In this document: positions 38,854-49,759 of the stretch, piece by piece
Layout: each line of letters begins with the position of its first letter
Position numbering within the stretch: position 1 is the stretch's first letter
NCBI GenBank assembly: GCA_044226015.1
Contig: JBGAHS010000002.1
Coordinates: 497,571-561,570 of the forward strand
Length of the DNA: 64,000 nt
Direction of reading: 5' to 3'
Source of the DNA: Candidatus Obscuribacteraceae bacterium
GTDB lineage: Bacteria; Cyanobacteriota; Vampirovibrionia; Obscuribacterales; Obscuribacteraceae
The notes under the pieces: model-generated
Told to the model about the DNA's origin: nothing
Databases searched by the model: none
Seen by the model: the letters and a program-made list of their open reading frames with translations, nothing else
Made by a program: the position numbers and the translations under genes

Positions 38854-40371
38854 CTATTTCAAATAGCCGCTATCTCTCAATTTCTCGGACAGGAAATCAA
38901 CAAACTGCACCGACCCAGTCCCATTTAAGTGAACAGTGTCAAAAAAACTACTGTTTGGTAGGTGCATGTTCTCGCAATCAATAAACAGAGAAGCAGTGGG
39001 TCCAACTCTTCTAAGTTCACTCAGGTAAGCCTCTCTCAATCCTGCTGGACTCAGAGTCTTATGCCCCTCACTCACAGGCATGTTTATCAAGATCAGTTGA
39101 ATGTTGTGCTTCTTACAAAGTGCTATCACTTCCTGCAGCTGCTCCATTTCACTTTGGAGGCGCTTATAATTTGCAGGTGTATATCGCTGTTGATAATCCA
39201 GCGTCGCAAGCGGTGGTTCTGAAGACGGGGTAGAACTAAACAAGTCTTGATTTACTTTCGCTGAAATATGCCGCTTGGAAGGCGGCGCGCCCAAACTCCT
39301 AGACGGATCCCCTTCAGCTTTAGCGGGATCCGCGGACTTAGCCACTCGTGCCCCAGCAACTTTAGCGAGATCCGTAGACTTAACCACTTGTGCCCCAGCA
39401 ACCTTAACGGGATCCGCAGACTTAACCACTTGCTCCCCAGCAACCTTAACGGGATCCGCAGACTTAACCACTTGCTCCCCAGCAAGTTTAACGGGATCCG
39501 CAGACTTAGCCACTTGCTCCCCAGCAACCTTAACGGGAGCAGCAGACTTAGCCGCTTGTGCCCCAGCAACATTAGCTTGATTCGACTCCGGGACATTCAC
39601 CGCAGGTGGTGGCGCCGCAAGCTTCTTGTTCAAATCACCAAGAATAAACGCCAGCTCTATTGAACTTGGATGGTGGAAAGTCTTGCATGCTACATGTTCA
39701 GCACTTATTCTGAATTCGTTGCGCAAATCATACAGCTTGCATAAAGCAGCAACACTCAAATCAGAAAAAGAAGGAAAGTGCGCCAGTTCTGAAATATGAC
39801 CAAGCAGATATTGTGCATTACACAAAGCCTTGTAATAAGGTGTTTCCCCAGGTGGAGGATTCACATTATCAACAAAATCACGCAAACCTAAACCGTATAT
39901 CAGCGCCTTTGGAGCTTTGTTGGCAGCAATAGCTCGCTCAATCACAAGCTTGCTATCAGAGACCATACAGGCGGCACCAGCAAAATTGAAAACTGTAAAA
40001 TCCTTGTTACTCAGCTCTTTCAGCTTGTTCTGAAAGTAGCCAGCTTCGGGATATGACTGCAGCAGATTCAGCTTCAAACTTCTAATTCGATCACCTTCTT
40101 TCAAGTCAAAGAAAGGAGGCCGCTCAGTGTAAAAGAAGGCGCACATAGGAAGCGACGAGCCAACAATCATGAAGTCGGCTGATTTTGACTTCGTCAACTT
40201 GTCCATTTTGTAGCGTAAAGCAGCTTTGGACAACTCAAGGTTGGGCTGCGCTGTATGCGGCACAGCTTGCAAGGGACGCAGCAAACCCCAGGTCAGATTG
40301 GCAACGACAAATAGAGCTACGATCCAAAGGAAAGTGCTCGTCATTACTTTGCTCGTCGGTGCCTCGTTCAT
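38854..40371 (-). CDS. Membrane-anchored SGNH-like protein (AlgJ/DltD/DUF1574-like) with internal repeat insert
   Basis: N-terminal TM, IVGSS block I, FNFAG, C-terminal FFDTVHLN (DxxH). An MBOAT gene lies two genes upstream. Confidence 0.8.
   Translation of the reverse strand: MNEAPTSKVMTSTFLWIVALFVVANLTWGLLRPLQAVPHTAQPNLELSKAALRYKMDKLTKSKSADFMIVGSSLPMCAFFYTERPPFFDLKEGDRIRSLKLNLLQSYPEAGYFQNKLKELSNKDFTVFNFAGAACMVSDSKLVIERAIAANKAPKALIYGLGLRDFVDNVNPPPGETPYYKALCNAQYLLGHISELAHFPSFSDLSVAALCKLYDLRNEFRISAEHVACKTFHHPSSIELAFILGDLNKKLAAPPPAVNVPESNQANVAGAQAAKSAAPVKVAGEQVAKSADPVKLAGEQVVKSADPVKVAGEQVVKSADPVKVAGAQVVKSTDLAKVAGARVAKSADPAKAEGDPSRSLGAPPSKRHISAKVNQDLFSSTPSSEPPLATLDYQQRYTPANYKRLQSEMEQLQEVIALCKKHNIQLILINMPVSEGHKTLSPAGLREAYLSELRRVGPTASLFIDCENMHLPNSSFFDTVHLNGTGSVQFVDFLSEKLRDSGYLK
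39319..39570. repeat. Coding VNTR: 6 x 42 bp (14 aa VAGEQVVKSADPVK)
   Basis: GGGATCCGCAGACTTAACCACTTGCTCCCCAGCAACCTTAAC-like unit repeated six times in frame. Confidence 0.95.
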
Positions 40372-40520
40372 TTATTAGCTCATGATAATAAAAGCACTGA
40401 AGAGCCAATAATAACAGGTTTTCAACAGCCAAACCTGTCCATTTGCTCATAAGCAGAAAAGCTTGCTAGCAGGACCTTTCCGCCCTTAGAAACCGTAACA
40501 GAAAGCAACAAGATTCGCCT

Positions 40521-41558
40521 CTAAGTTATCAGCTTGCGCTGAGCCGAAGTCTTTTCAGAAGCAAGCTTCTTTACCTTTGCCTGCGCATCCTTCGCCGCAA
40601 CAAAGAGTTCTTTCAGCCTCCCTGCCTTTGCCGGGCAACGGTTGGCAGCTACAGGTTGAAAGAAAATCCAGTTGACGAACCAGGTTTGCTGCGCGGTTTC
40701 GAAGCTCATAAATGCGCCAAAAGACTTCACTTTCCGTATACGTGCCCACTCAACGTACTGAGGACGCTCGCCATCACGCTTGAAGATGACACCATTCTTG
40801 CCGCACCGAATCAATTTTACACTCGACTTCAAACTGACATAGACATAAATTGATGCCACCGCTGCCAGTACCACCGGAAGCGCTATTGACCAGAGTTCAT
40901 TAATGATTGGCACCTTACCGGTACTTAGAATAGTAATCAGCGGTCCCAGCACAACAGCTGATAGAAAAGCAGCAGCAGGCAGCTCCATCTGCTCGTTTCC
41001 TGTTTCAGCAACAATAGAATTGATTTCAAAATCATCTACTTCTCGATTAGGCATTCGCTCTTTGATTTGTTGAAATAGATCGACAGCTCTTTCCATGTCT
41101 TGTGGGAAGAAGTAATTTTCGCCAGAGGTTTGAATCACATATTCTGCCTGAACAGTCGGAAAGACAGCTTCCACCCCCTGCCAGGGAATAACCTTCTCCC
41201 CAGAGGAATTTCTCACAGAGACACCAAACTCGTTAACCTTAAAGCTCAAACCGCGAGACTCATGCTCAGCCAAAATACGCCGCCAGATTGACATAATGTA
41301 TAGAAAGAGCGGTGAGCAGGGAACGGCAATAGTTGCGAGCATCTTCAGATCAAAACTGGAACTTGCGAAAATGAAAAGTAAAAACGCCGGAAACAAAATC
41401 ATGAACAGAAGGCAATTCAACGACAGCCCCGAGAATTTGAATCTCTTCCAGCGAGCTAACGACTCGCCGGATAGCGCGAATTCATTCTGATTACTTGCGC
41501 TGACGATTTTTAAGTCTTCTTGCCTCAGGCGATTCGGCTCAGATGGCTGCATTTCCAT
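40521..41558 (-). CDS. Hypothetical membrane protein (two TM-pair + PH-like modules)
   Basis: Twice repeated pattern of two TM helices followed by a beta-rich segment (IPWQGV, VEWARI). Confidence 0.7.
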   Translation of the reverse strand: MEMQPSEPNRLRQEDLKIVSASNQNEFALSGESLARWKRFKFSGLSLNCLLFMILFPAFLLFIFASSSFDLKMLATIAVPCSPLFLYIMSIWRRILAEHESRGLSFKVNEFGVSVRNSSGEKVIPWQGVEAVFPTVQAEYVIQTSGENYFFPQDMERAVDLFQQIKERMPNREVDDFEINSIVAETGNEQMELPAAAFLSAVVLGPLITILSTGKVPIINELWSIALPVVLAAVASIYVYVSLKSSVKLIRCGKNGVIFKRDGERPQYVEWARIRKVKSFGAFMSFETAQQTWFVNWIFFQPVAANRCPAKAGRLKELFVAAKDAQAKVKKLASEKTSAQRKLIT

Positions 41559-41710
41559 TTAACGCCTCGCAAACTCACGGCATAAAGATCAATCATAACA
41601 CTTAGTGCGCAATGGCAAGAATTACCTTTGTAAAACACGCCAACCGCCGTTGGTATAACATGAACGCACACCCATGTTTGACCTCAGCCTAAATCGACTG
41701 CTTAAAAGGT

Positions 41711-43165
41711 CTAGAACTGGAAGTAGATAAACGGTGCACTTGTGTCAGGAAGGAAAGTTATTATTGCTACGATTAGGGCTGTGCAAAAAACTGCCTTTAA
41801 CGGTGCCGGCGAATTTTTGAACCAACCACGCTCAGACGCGTAGCTAACGGGTAGATTTGAAATCAACAAACCCACCACCATCAGTAATACCACCGGAACA
41901 AGCACTGGCAGTTCTGGTTTCAATATCAAGAAGCTATGATTTTCAGCCCGGGTATAAATTGGACTCATGAACAGCATGCGCTTAACCATGAAAAATGCCT
42001 GCCCCACGTCTTGAACGCGGAAGAACACCCAGCCGATGACAGCAGCATGGAAAGTCAAGAATATTGAAAGTAAGGTTCCGATTTTAGAATCTACGAAAGC
42101 AGCCAGCTTCGGTTGTTTTGCTTTGAAGGCAGTGAACTCGCGGTGCACAATGAGTGCCAACCCATGAAACATACCCCAGACCATAAAGCTCCAGGACGCA
42201 CCATGCCAGAGTCCGCCAATAGCCATGGTCAAAAACAAATTGCGGTGAGTCATCATTCTGCCATTACGCGAGCCACCCAACGGAATAAACAGGTAATCTC
42301 TCAGCCAGGTTGAGAGCGAAATATGCCAGCGATGCCAGAAATCAGACATATTCTTAGCAAAATAAGGCATGTTGAAATTGATCGGAATATGGTAGCCAAA
42401 CAACATGGCAGAACCACGACCAATATCCGTATAACCCGAGAAATCAAAGTAGATTTGGAAGGCAAAAGCGTACATGAAAAGCCAGAGTTCAGGCGCACCG
42501 TAGACTCGTGGATCCTTCAAGCCCATATCAACGAGAACAGCAAGATTGTCTGCAAGCAAAAGTTTCTTGGCCATACCAAGGATTATGAGAGGCACGCCCT
42601 CATCGAAGTTACTGAGCTTGAGTTCAGTGTGCTCAAGCATCTGCTTCTCAAAATCCTTGTACCTTTTGATGGGTCCCGCGATCTGTGTTGGGAAGAATGC
42701 AGCAAACAAGGCAAACAACACAAATGACTTTATTGGGGTTCCACCTCTGTAGATTTCAAACAGATAGTGAATGAATTCAAACGCAAAAAACGATATCCCC
42801 AGTGGAAGAATAATGTCCGCATGCCAGGTCGGTGCATGGTGCGTCACCAATCCCACAGCGCCAGCAGCAGTGGAGAGCAACATGTTGGTGTACTTGAAAA
42901 ATCCGAGACAGAGCAAATTCGCGGTAAGACCAATTCCAAAAATTGATTTCTTTTTCTCGGCGGAAGACTTGAAGAGCAGGCTACCCCAGAAGAAATTGAA
43001 TACAGTCATGCCCAATATCAACAAGATAAAGGCTGGCATGAAGCTCATGTAGAAGTAGTAACTGCATACTAGAAGCAAAGGCAAGCGCCAACTGCGTGGG
43101 CAAATCCAGTAGAGCGCAACCACGAGCGGCAAGAAAACGATGTACTGCAGGCTTGTGAATAACAT
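41711..43165 (-). CDS. MBOAT O-acyltransferase (AlgI/DltB/PatA family)
   Basis: LPLGISFF, FFPTQIAGPI, QIYFDFSGYTD, FWHRWHISLSTWLRDY, GLWHGA, PFIYFQF. Confidence 0.96.
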   Translation of the reverse strand: MLFTSLQYIVFLPLVVALYWICPRSWRLPLLLVCSYYFYMSFMPAFILLILGMTVFNFFWGSLLFKSSAEKKKSIFGIGLTANLLCLGFFKYTNMLLSTAAGAVGLVTHHAPTWHADIILPLGISFFAFEFIHYLFEIYRGGTPIKSFVLFALFAAFFPTQIAGPIKRYKDFEKQMLEHTELKLSNFDEGVPLIILGMAKKLLLADNLAVLVDMGLKDPRVYGAPELWLFMYAFAFQIYFDFSGYTDIGRGSAMLFGYHIPINFNMPYFAKNMSDFWHRWHISLSTWLRDYLFIPLGGSRNGRMMTHRNLFLTMAIGGLWHGASWSFMVWGMFHGLALIVHREFTAFKAKQPKLAAFVDSKIGTLLSIFLTFHAAVIGWVFFRVQDVGQAFFMVKRMLFMSPIYTRAENHSFLILKPELPVLVPVVLLMVVGLLISNLPVSYASERGWFKNSPAPLKAVFCTALIVAIITFLPDTSAPFIYFQF

Positions 43166-43320
43166 CTTTGCCCAAGACCTCTAAGAGTTCAAAATCCTAC
43201 CATGACAAGTCGGCATACGCTTTGGAGATACTTTATCTCCGGGCTCAGGGGCAACTTGGAGCAAAGCTAAAAGTTCAAAACTTCCGCCACTCCTTTGCAA
43301 GGGCGCCACCCACAGAAGTC

Positions 43321-46023
43321 CTAAAAAACTTTAATGGAGTGCCCTGCAAATTGCGGTTTGTTAACTCCTTCGACTCTTATGTCCAGATCATGAATTACAC
43401 AATCCGACCCGGCAGCTTTCTGAAGCTCGATGCGCAACATAGTCTTGCCTTTGACGGTCTGCAATGGAATCTCAGACTTCAACTTGAAAGTCCGCCCGTC
43501 AGCACCGGTTTTGAACATCTGTGGAGTGCCAGGCAGTATACTGGCGATCAATCTTTCTCCCTTATCTAGTACTCCCGCTACAGCAAAATCTGAACTTCCC
43601 AGCGAGCTTGCATTACCTGACACAGTGACGCCTAGATGTGAGCCACGCAAAACAGCGGGATCAACCTCAACTGAAAATTGAGCTCGTGCCGCCTCGCCGC
43701 TACCTAGCGCTACAGAATCCACATGCTTCACCAGCGGCGCAGGTTCATCGGTTTCAGCCAGGTTAGAAAGCGACGGATGAGCATAACCTAGCAGGAGGAA
43801 GATTCGATACTCACCATTTTGAAGCCCTGCTGCTAAAGACAGATCTTTTTCATTCACCTTGCCGTTATGCGTAAATTTGCAGATAGATGAAACTGGAACG
43901 GAATAGCAGGCTTGCATTATTCGAGAATCAAAAGCATCCTCAGAATCGTTGAAGAACTTACCCGGACTGACTTCATTTGCTGATGGCAAGACACGACGCC
44001 CTCCACTCAAGCGATGAAGGTAATCACCATATACGGTGACAGCACCAGCCGGCGGTGCAAGCACAGACAAATCATTAGAGCCTGTTTTTATGAGATCAAC
44101 TGGTACGGGTACAGCTCTCCATCTTCTAATAAAAGTTGGTGCTTCACGAATCAACGAGGCAAACTGATTCAGCCAATCTTCAAGTTCGTACTTTGAACTA
44201 TCGAACTGATAAAGAGAAACAGGAGATTCCAACTCTTGTCCATTGACTAACAATTTCGCCTCTGGCAAATGCTGATCACCATCAATCATCAGCAATGCCC
44301 ACGAGGGCTTATTCTTATCCACATCGACCGACACGATGCGACTTATAGCGTCAGCATTTTTCAACGTCGACTTCCATGTCAAAGCTTCTCTATTGGATAC
44401 AGCAAACGCAAAGCTAATGGCATAAGAAAGCGTGATACAAACGAGTAGAGCAGCCTTAAAAACAACACTCGGAGCTTGCGCATAAAGAATGCGAAACATC
44501 TTTAGCAAAAGAAGCAAGCCCACACTAAACAACGACGCCTTTAGAACTGCTAGAGCAGAAATAGACACAAAAGCATTCTTGAAGATTGCCTGTGCATATG
44601 GTGTCAGATCGAATTTGGAAACAAAAAGCAGCAAGAGAAGGGTCAAAAAATAGGAGACCTGAATAACCCGGCTTGCCACCTTTTCACTTGCTGCGGCCTT
44701 CGAATTTAGCTCAAATAAGTTTTTCAAAAAACAAACAGCAGCCACAATCAGGCAGGGCAAGGCGGTGAAACCGTACCGTGAAATTCCCTCAAAAGGTAGA
44801 TAGATCAAATGCCCGAGGACATACAAAGGGATGGAAACAGCAACGACTTTCTCTTGCAGAGTCCATTTGGAATTCTTGCGAAACAACTCAGCTATGAAAA
44901 GCAAAAGACCACTGAGTCCAAGCAAAACAAGAAGGAGATGGAAGATGGCTTGTGTTCGATAATTCAATCCAAGAATTTTGTATCGATAGTCGTTCCAAGG
45001 CAAGTTCCAAAGCCGAGTAATTTTCCGCAAGCTAAGATTGGCGATTTCTGCAGAGTTTTGCTCAATCAACGCCAATAAAACAGGCAGCGGAGCCTCATTA
45101 TCGTCATACATCAGCGCAACAGGGTGCGTAGGGTAACAGCCCCAACCATCACCTTCGATATTCAGCCCCGTGCAAATGTTATAAACGGGACGACGAGAAG
45201 GCATTAGATTCAAGGTTCCACGTGCCGCATAGGTAAAGGATAGCCACGGCAAAACAACTAACAATCCACCAAGCACAGCCAGCAATACGCGAGCGAACCC
45301 AGCACGAGCGAAAGAGAAGCTGAGGCGCGAATCCTCAGCTGAATCAGCCGCATCATTTATTGAAGTATCAAGACCACGTGCCTTCACAAACGCCGCGACT
45401 GTTGCCACTATAGAAATAATGCCAATAGCAGGGGCAAAAGCAGGCTTCAATAAAAGGAATAACGCAAGACTCATACCAGCAAGCAAACAGCGCAAATAGC
45501 TCAAGCCACCTGGTTCTTTTCTAGCGAGCTCGGACACAAAGAAGATTGAGGAAAGCGAAAGTAAGCAAGCCAACGGCTCAGTAAGATAAGAATTGCAGGA
45601 AGCTATTGCTGCTGGATAAAGCATCCACAAAGTACTGCCCAATAGCGACCAGAGCTTGCTCTGGCAAAGGCGCAAGGAAAGCAAATAAACAAGAACGCAA
45701 GAGGCGGCATGAAAAACGCATTGCATGATCACAATTGCCTGCCAACCACCCTCATTAGGTGCTTGATTCAAGAGCGCAAAGAGCAGAACTCCAGCACCCG
45801 GCAGTACAGGACCATCGAGCATAAGGTAGAAAGCAAGAGCATCTAGCGCCTGAGGCGTAATACCGTGAGCGAAGGCTGCTCGAATGGTTTCATACATTCG
45901 CTTTGCAGTTTCAAGGTAATGCGCTGCATCAAAATACAGAGTTGTTCGCGGAAGAACAGACGACGGATTTTGAAGTATGAAAACAAATAAGCTAAGCAGA
46001 AAAATTGCGATTAGAATCGGCAA
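43321..46023 (-). CDS. Large polytopic membrane protein, putative GT-C glycosyltransferase
   Basis: FDAAHY after TM1, LYP..YLTEPL, LKP, SRY, more than 10 TM helices, large C-terminal soluble domain. Confidence 0.75.
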   Translation of the reverse strand: MPILIAIFLLSLFVFILQNPSSVLPRTTLYFDAAHYLETAKRMYETIRAAFAHGITPQALDALAFYLMLDGPVLPGAGVLLFALLNQAPNEGGWQAIVIMQCVFHAASCVLVYLLSLRLCQSKLWSLLGSTLWMLYPAAIASCNSYLTEPLACLLSLSSIFFVSELARKEPGGLSYLRCLLAGMSLALFLLLKPAFAPAIGIISIVATVAAFVKARGLDTSINDAADSAEDSRLSFSFARAGFARVLLAVLGGLLVVLPWLSFTYAARGTLNLMPSRRPVYNICTGLNIEGDGWGCYPTHPVALMYDDNEAPLPVLLALIEQNSAEIANLSLRKITRLWNLPWNDYRYKILGLNYRTQAIFHLLLVLLGLSGLLLFIAELFRKNSKWTLQEKVVAVSIPLYVLGHLIYLPFEGISRYGFTALPCLIVAAVCFLKNLFELNSKAAASEKVASRVIQVSYFLTLLLLLFVSKFDLTPYAQAIFKNAFVSISALAVLKASLFSVGLLLLLKMFRILYAQAPSVVFKAALLVCITLSYAISFAFAVSNREALTWKSTLKNADAISRIVSVDVDKNKPSWALLMIDGDQHLPEAKLLVNGQELESPVSLYQFDSSKYELEDWLNQFASLIREAPTFIRRWRAVPVPVDLIKTGSNDLSVLAPPAGAVTVYGDYLHRLSGGRRVLPSANEVSPGKFFNDSEDAFDSRIMQACYSVPVSSICKFTHNGKVNEKDLSLAAGLQNGEYRIFLLLGYAHPSLSNLAETDEPAPLVKHVDSVALGSGEAARAQFSVEVDPAVLRGSHLGVTVSGNASSLGSSDFAVAGVLDKGERLIASILPGTPQMFKTGADGRTFKLKSEIPLQTVKGKTMLRIELQKAAGSDCVIHDLDIRVEGVNKPQFAGHSIKVF

Positions 46024-46026
46024 GGT

Positions 46027-46590
46027 TTAGCCTTTTTTGATATCCCAAAAATCATCGCCTAGAACGTTCCAGGGCAACCTGCGCTCATCTGGGTCTTTTG
46101 CATCAAATTGCTGATTTACGAAGTAAATCATATTTGCTGTCTGATTCCATGGGTTAGCCAGACCATGAGCCACTCCACGGGGCAAATAGAGTATTTGGGC
46201 GCGGCCTGCGCCCATAACAAACCGCATCGTTTGTTTGTACGTCGGTGAATTTTCGCGAGCATCGAAAAGTCCTATCAACATACGATCATAAGGCATGATG
46301 AACCAAACATCTTCTTGATTAAAGTGCAAGTGGAATGCTTTGATTGTGCCGGGCAACATCTGCGACCAGGTAGACTGACGCACTTTGAATTCAGGTAACA
46401 CAAGCAAATTACCGTTTTCGTCAAGACGAATAATTTCTGCCAGCGCGCCACCATCGTCAACAAAAGAGTTAAGAGTAATTAGCTGCACACCTTCGATGAG
46501 GGTCTTCTTGCCATAGTCTTGAACTGAAATCTCAGACCTGAATTCCTTTCCGATTGCATCTTTGTCGATCGGTTTAAGCATGGTGGTCAT
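46027..46590 (-). CDS. rfbC: dTDP-4-dehydrorhamnose 3,5-epimerase family cupin
   Basis: DDGG, GTIKAFHLH, DARENSPT, LPRGVAHG. Last gene of the rfbABD run. Confidence 0.85.
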   Translation of the reverse strand: MTTMLKPIDKDAIGKEFRSEISVQDYGKKTLIEGVQLITLNSFVDDGGALAEIIRLDENGNLLVLPEFKVRQSTWSQMLPGTIKAFHLHFNQEDVWFIMPYDRMLIGLFDARENSPTYKQTMRFVMGAGRAQILYLPRGVAHGLANPWNQTANMIYFVNQQFDAKDPDERRLPWNVLGDDFWDIKKG

Positions 46591-46625
46591 TTGATCTCCT
46601 TAGTAGTTGTTGTGTATTGCAGCAA

Positions 46626-47519
46626 TTAAACAGCCTGTGTTGCCATCTTGAGCTTGAGGTACTTAGCAAGCGAATCTTTCCACGGCACCATATCGCGACC
46701 AATCGTCAGCTCAAGAGTCTTGTTATCCAGAACTGAGTATTTTGGACGGGTTGCCGGCCGAGGCATCTGCTTTGTTTCAATCGGCTCAACTTGCGCCTTG
46801 AATTCAGCAACGATTTCTTTTGCAAACTCATACCAATTGGTTTCACCACCATCGGTGGCATGATAAACACCCCAACGCTTAGTCGCAATCAAATCTGCGA
46901 TATATTCAGACAGCGTGAGAGTGCATGTAGGTGATCCAAACTGGTCGGAAACGACACGCAGTGGTTTGCCATCCATAGCCATTTGCGAAATCGTATCGAC
47001 AAAATTGCGACCATGAGGTCCGTACAACCAACTTGTTCTAACGATGTAGAACTTGTTGAGGTGACTGCGAACCGCTTTTTCACCAGCAAGTTTTGATTTG
47101 CCATAAACAGAGAGCGGACCTGTAGGATCCCACGGTTGATACGCGCGATTATTATTGCCACTGAATACATAGTCTGTGCTTACGTAGAGCATTGGAATGT
47201 CCATATGGCTGCAGGCTACAGCAATATTCTCAGAGCCATAACCATTAACCAGATAAGCCAGTTCGGGCTCAGATTCAGCCTGATCAACCTTTGTATAAGC
47301 TGCAGCGTGAATTACAATTTCTGGTGACTCGGCAGTTATAGTGTCGCGAACTTGCTTGTAGTTGGTTACATCGAGCTTCTCTTTTGGATATGCCAGGACC
47401 TGATGATCTCGCTTTTCCAGGCAAGTAGTGAGTGCTTTTCCAAGCATGCCACCACTACCAGTGATCAATATCTTCATGTCTTCGAGTCTCCCACCTTTTT
47501 CGTCGACGCTAACTAACAT
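46626..47519 (-). CDS. rfbD: dTDP-4-dehydrorhamnose reductase
   Basis: GSGGMLG, AAYTKVDQAE, STDYVF, YGKSK, DQFGSPT. Likely start at MKILIT. Confidence 0.95.
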   Translation of the reverse strand: MLVSVDEKGGRLEDMKILITGSGGMLGKALTTCLEKRDHQVLAYPKEKLDVTNYKQVRDTITAESPEIVIHAAAYTKVDQAESEPELAYLVNGYGSENIAVACSHMDIPMLYVSTDYVFSGNNNRAYQPWDPTGPLSVYGKSKLAGEKAVRSHLNKFYIVRTSWLYGPHGRNFVDTISQMAMDGKPLRVVSDQFGSPTCTLTLSEYIADLIATKRWGVYHATDGGETNWYEFAKEIVAEFKAQVEPIETKQMPRPATRPKYSVLDNKTLELTIGRDMVPWKDSLAKYLKLKMATQAV

Positions 47520-47569
47520 TTACTGGATTAGTACAGGGGCAACGCTTGTGCGTCGCCCCTTTTGAGTAC

Positions 47570-48625
47570 TTATGCCTTTTTCGTGGTTGCCAGATCTTTG
47601 GTATGGCTGTGATTGCTTACCGCTTCAAGCCATTCCCGATTATCCAGATACCATTTGATTGTCTGATGAATACCAGTCTCGAACGTGTGGTTCGGCTTCC
47701 AACCTAGCTCTTTACGAATCTTGGTCGAGTCGATCGCATAACGACGGTCGTGACCAAGTCTATCTTCAACATACTTGATCAGGTTTTCGCCTTTACCCAG
47801 TTCTTTCAACATCAGTTTGGTGATTTCGATATTGGTGCGCTCGTTGTTGCCACCAACGTTATAAACTTCGCCCGGCACACCCTTTGTAAATGCCAGCCAG
47901 ATAGCCTGACAGTGGTCTTCTACATGCAACCAGTCACGAACATTCATGCCGTCACCGTAAACTGGCACTTGCTTGTCGGCAAGAATGTTCATGATGAATA
48001 GCGGAATGAGTTTTTCAGGATGCTGATAAGGACCATAGTTGTTTGAACAACGTGTGATCATCACAGGCATGCTGTAAGTGTGGAAGTATGCACGGCAGAG
48101 GAAATCTGCGCCAGCTTTGCTGGATGAATATGGGCTGTTTGGTGCCAGCGGGGTTTCTTCGGTGAAGTAACCTGTTGGTCCGAGCGATCCATAAACTTCA
48201 TCTGTCGAAACTTGGACATAGCGGATTGTCCACTTGTCGCCTTGCTTTCCATGCACGAATGCTGATTCAAGCAAGGTTTGTGTTCCCAACACATTGCTAT
48301 GAACAAACACTGATGGGTCAGCGATTGATCTATCAACGTGTGTTTCAGCAGCGGCGTTTATGATGCCATCAATTTTGCCGAACTTCTGTCCAGAAACGAT
48401 AGACTCAACGAGTTCCTTATCTTCAATGCGTCCCTTGACGAAGGTGTAACGCGGATCTTTTTCGATATCAGAGAGATTTTCGAAGTGACCAGCATATGTG
48501 ACTGCATCCAGATTGATGATTTTAGTATCTGGGCTGTGTTTGAGAATGTACTTCACCAGATTACTTCCGATGAAACCCAAACCACCTGTAATAAGAACTT
48601 GCATTGTTTGTCCCTCGTATTGCAA
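47570..48625 (-). CDS. rfbB: dTDP-glucose 4,6-dehydratase
   Basis: GGLGFIGSN, AAETHVDRSI, STDEVYG, PYSSSKA, CSNNYGPYQHPEK, GHDRRY. Confidence 0.97.
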   Translation of the reverse strand: MQYEGQTMQVLITGGLGFIGSNLVKYILKHSPDTKIINLDAVTYAGHFENLSDIEKDPRYTFVKGRIEDKELVESIVSGQKFGKIDGIINAAAETHVDRSIADPSVFVHSNVLGTQTLLESAFVHGKQGDKWTIRYVQVSTDEVYGSLGPTGYFTEETPLAPNSPYSSSKAGADFLCRAYFHTYSMPVMITRCSNNYGPYQHPEKLIPLFIMNILADKQVPVYGDGMNVRDWLHVEDHCQAIWLAFTKGVPGEVYNVGGNNERTNIEITKLMLKELGKGENLIKYVEDRLGHDRRYAIDSTKIRKELGWKPNHTFETGIHQTIKWYLDNREWLEAVSNHSHTKDLATTKKA

Positions 48626-48633
48626 TGTGTGGT

Positions 48634-49707
48634 CTAAACCACATCTACCTTACTATCGTCGCCTAACATGAATTTGTATGCGACTGGTTTTGCGTGACTG
48701 CGTACCAATTCAACATTGACACCAATCAAGCTGTCGACGATGCGACCATCAAAGTCTTTAATTCTGCAGTTTTCACGCAGAATGCTATGTTCAATTTCAA
48801 CGTTGCTCACATGAGCACCATCACCGATTGAAGTGAATGGGCCGATGTAAGTATTTTCGAGCACGCAATCACTTCCTATAACAGCAGGACCGCGCACCGT
48901 GCAATTTGTTAAACGTGAGCCTTCACCAACATGCACACGACCTGACACCACGCTTGAACCTTGAAGGTCACCGTTCATAACGAAGTCTTCCATCTCGTCG
49001 AGCACAACACGGTTAGCTTCGAGCATGTCGTCTTTCTTTCCAGTATCTAGCCACCAGCTGGTGAGCACGTGGCTATCAACGTGGAACTTCATATCGATAA
49101 GCTTTTGAATCGCATCGGTAATTTCCAACTCTCCTCGCTTAGAGGGCTTGATGTTATCGATTGCGGTATGAATGTGCTTGTTGAACAAGTAAATTCCTAC
49201 AAGCGCGAAATTTGACTTAGGTTCTTTCGGCTTCTCTTCTAAATTGATTATTCTGCCGTCCTTATCAAGGTTAGCAACACCAAAAGAGCTTGGGTTCGCC
49301 ACTTCTTTGAGGAGAATCAAGGAGTCAGCCTTGCATTGATTGAATCTCTCAACTAGCGGCTTCACACCGTCTTTAATCAGGTTATCTCCGAGGTACATAA
49401 CGAAGGTGTCGTCACCAAGAAACTTACCCGCGGTCTTCACAGCATGTGCAAGTCCTTTTGGCTCATCCTGCACGATGTATTCAATTCTTATGCCCCAGCG
49501 AGAGCCATCGCCCAGCGCTTCTTTCACATCGCCGCCGGTTTCCGGACTTATGATGATTCCTATTTCGTTTACACCAGCATCTTTAATCGCTTCAACGGCA
49601 TAAAACAAAATTGGTTTGTTTGCCACTGGTAGCAATTGCTTTGCAGCAGTGTGCGTGATTGGACGCATACGCGTCCCCTTGCCACCACTGAGAATCAATC
49701 CCTTCAT
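48634..49707 (-). CDS. rfbA: Glucose-1-phosphate thymidylyltransferase, long form
   Basis: LSGGKGTRMRPIT..KQLLPVANKP, YLGDN, RGELEITD, WWLDTG, C-terminal hexapeptide repeats. Confidence 0.95.
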   Translation of the reverse strand: MKGLILSGGKGTRMRPITHTAAKQLLPVANKPILFYAVEAIKDAGVNEIGIIISPETGGDVKEALGDGSRWGIRIEYIVQDEPKGLAHAVKTAGKFLGDDTFVMYLGDNLIKDGVKPLVERFNQCKADSLILLKEVANPSSFGVANLDKDGRIINLEEKPKEPKSNFALVGIYLFNKHIHTAIDNIKPSKRGELEITDAIQKLIDMKFHVDSHVLTSWWLDTGKKDDMLEANRVVLDEMEDFVMNGDLQGSSVVSGRVHVGEGSRLTNCTVRGPAVIGSDCVLENTYIGPFTSIGDGAHVSNVEIEHSILRENCRIKDFDGRIVDSLIGVNVELVRSHAKPVAYKFMLGDDSKVDVV

Positions 49708-49759
49708 TTCTGCTTCCTGTTCTAACCTTGTTTGTGTATTCGATCCGTCTTTGCTTCAG

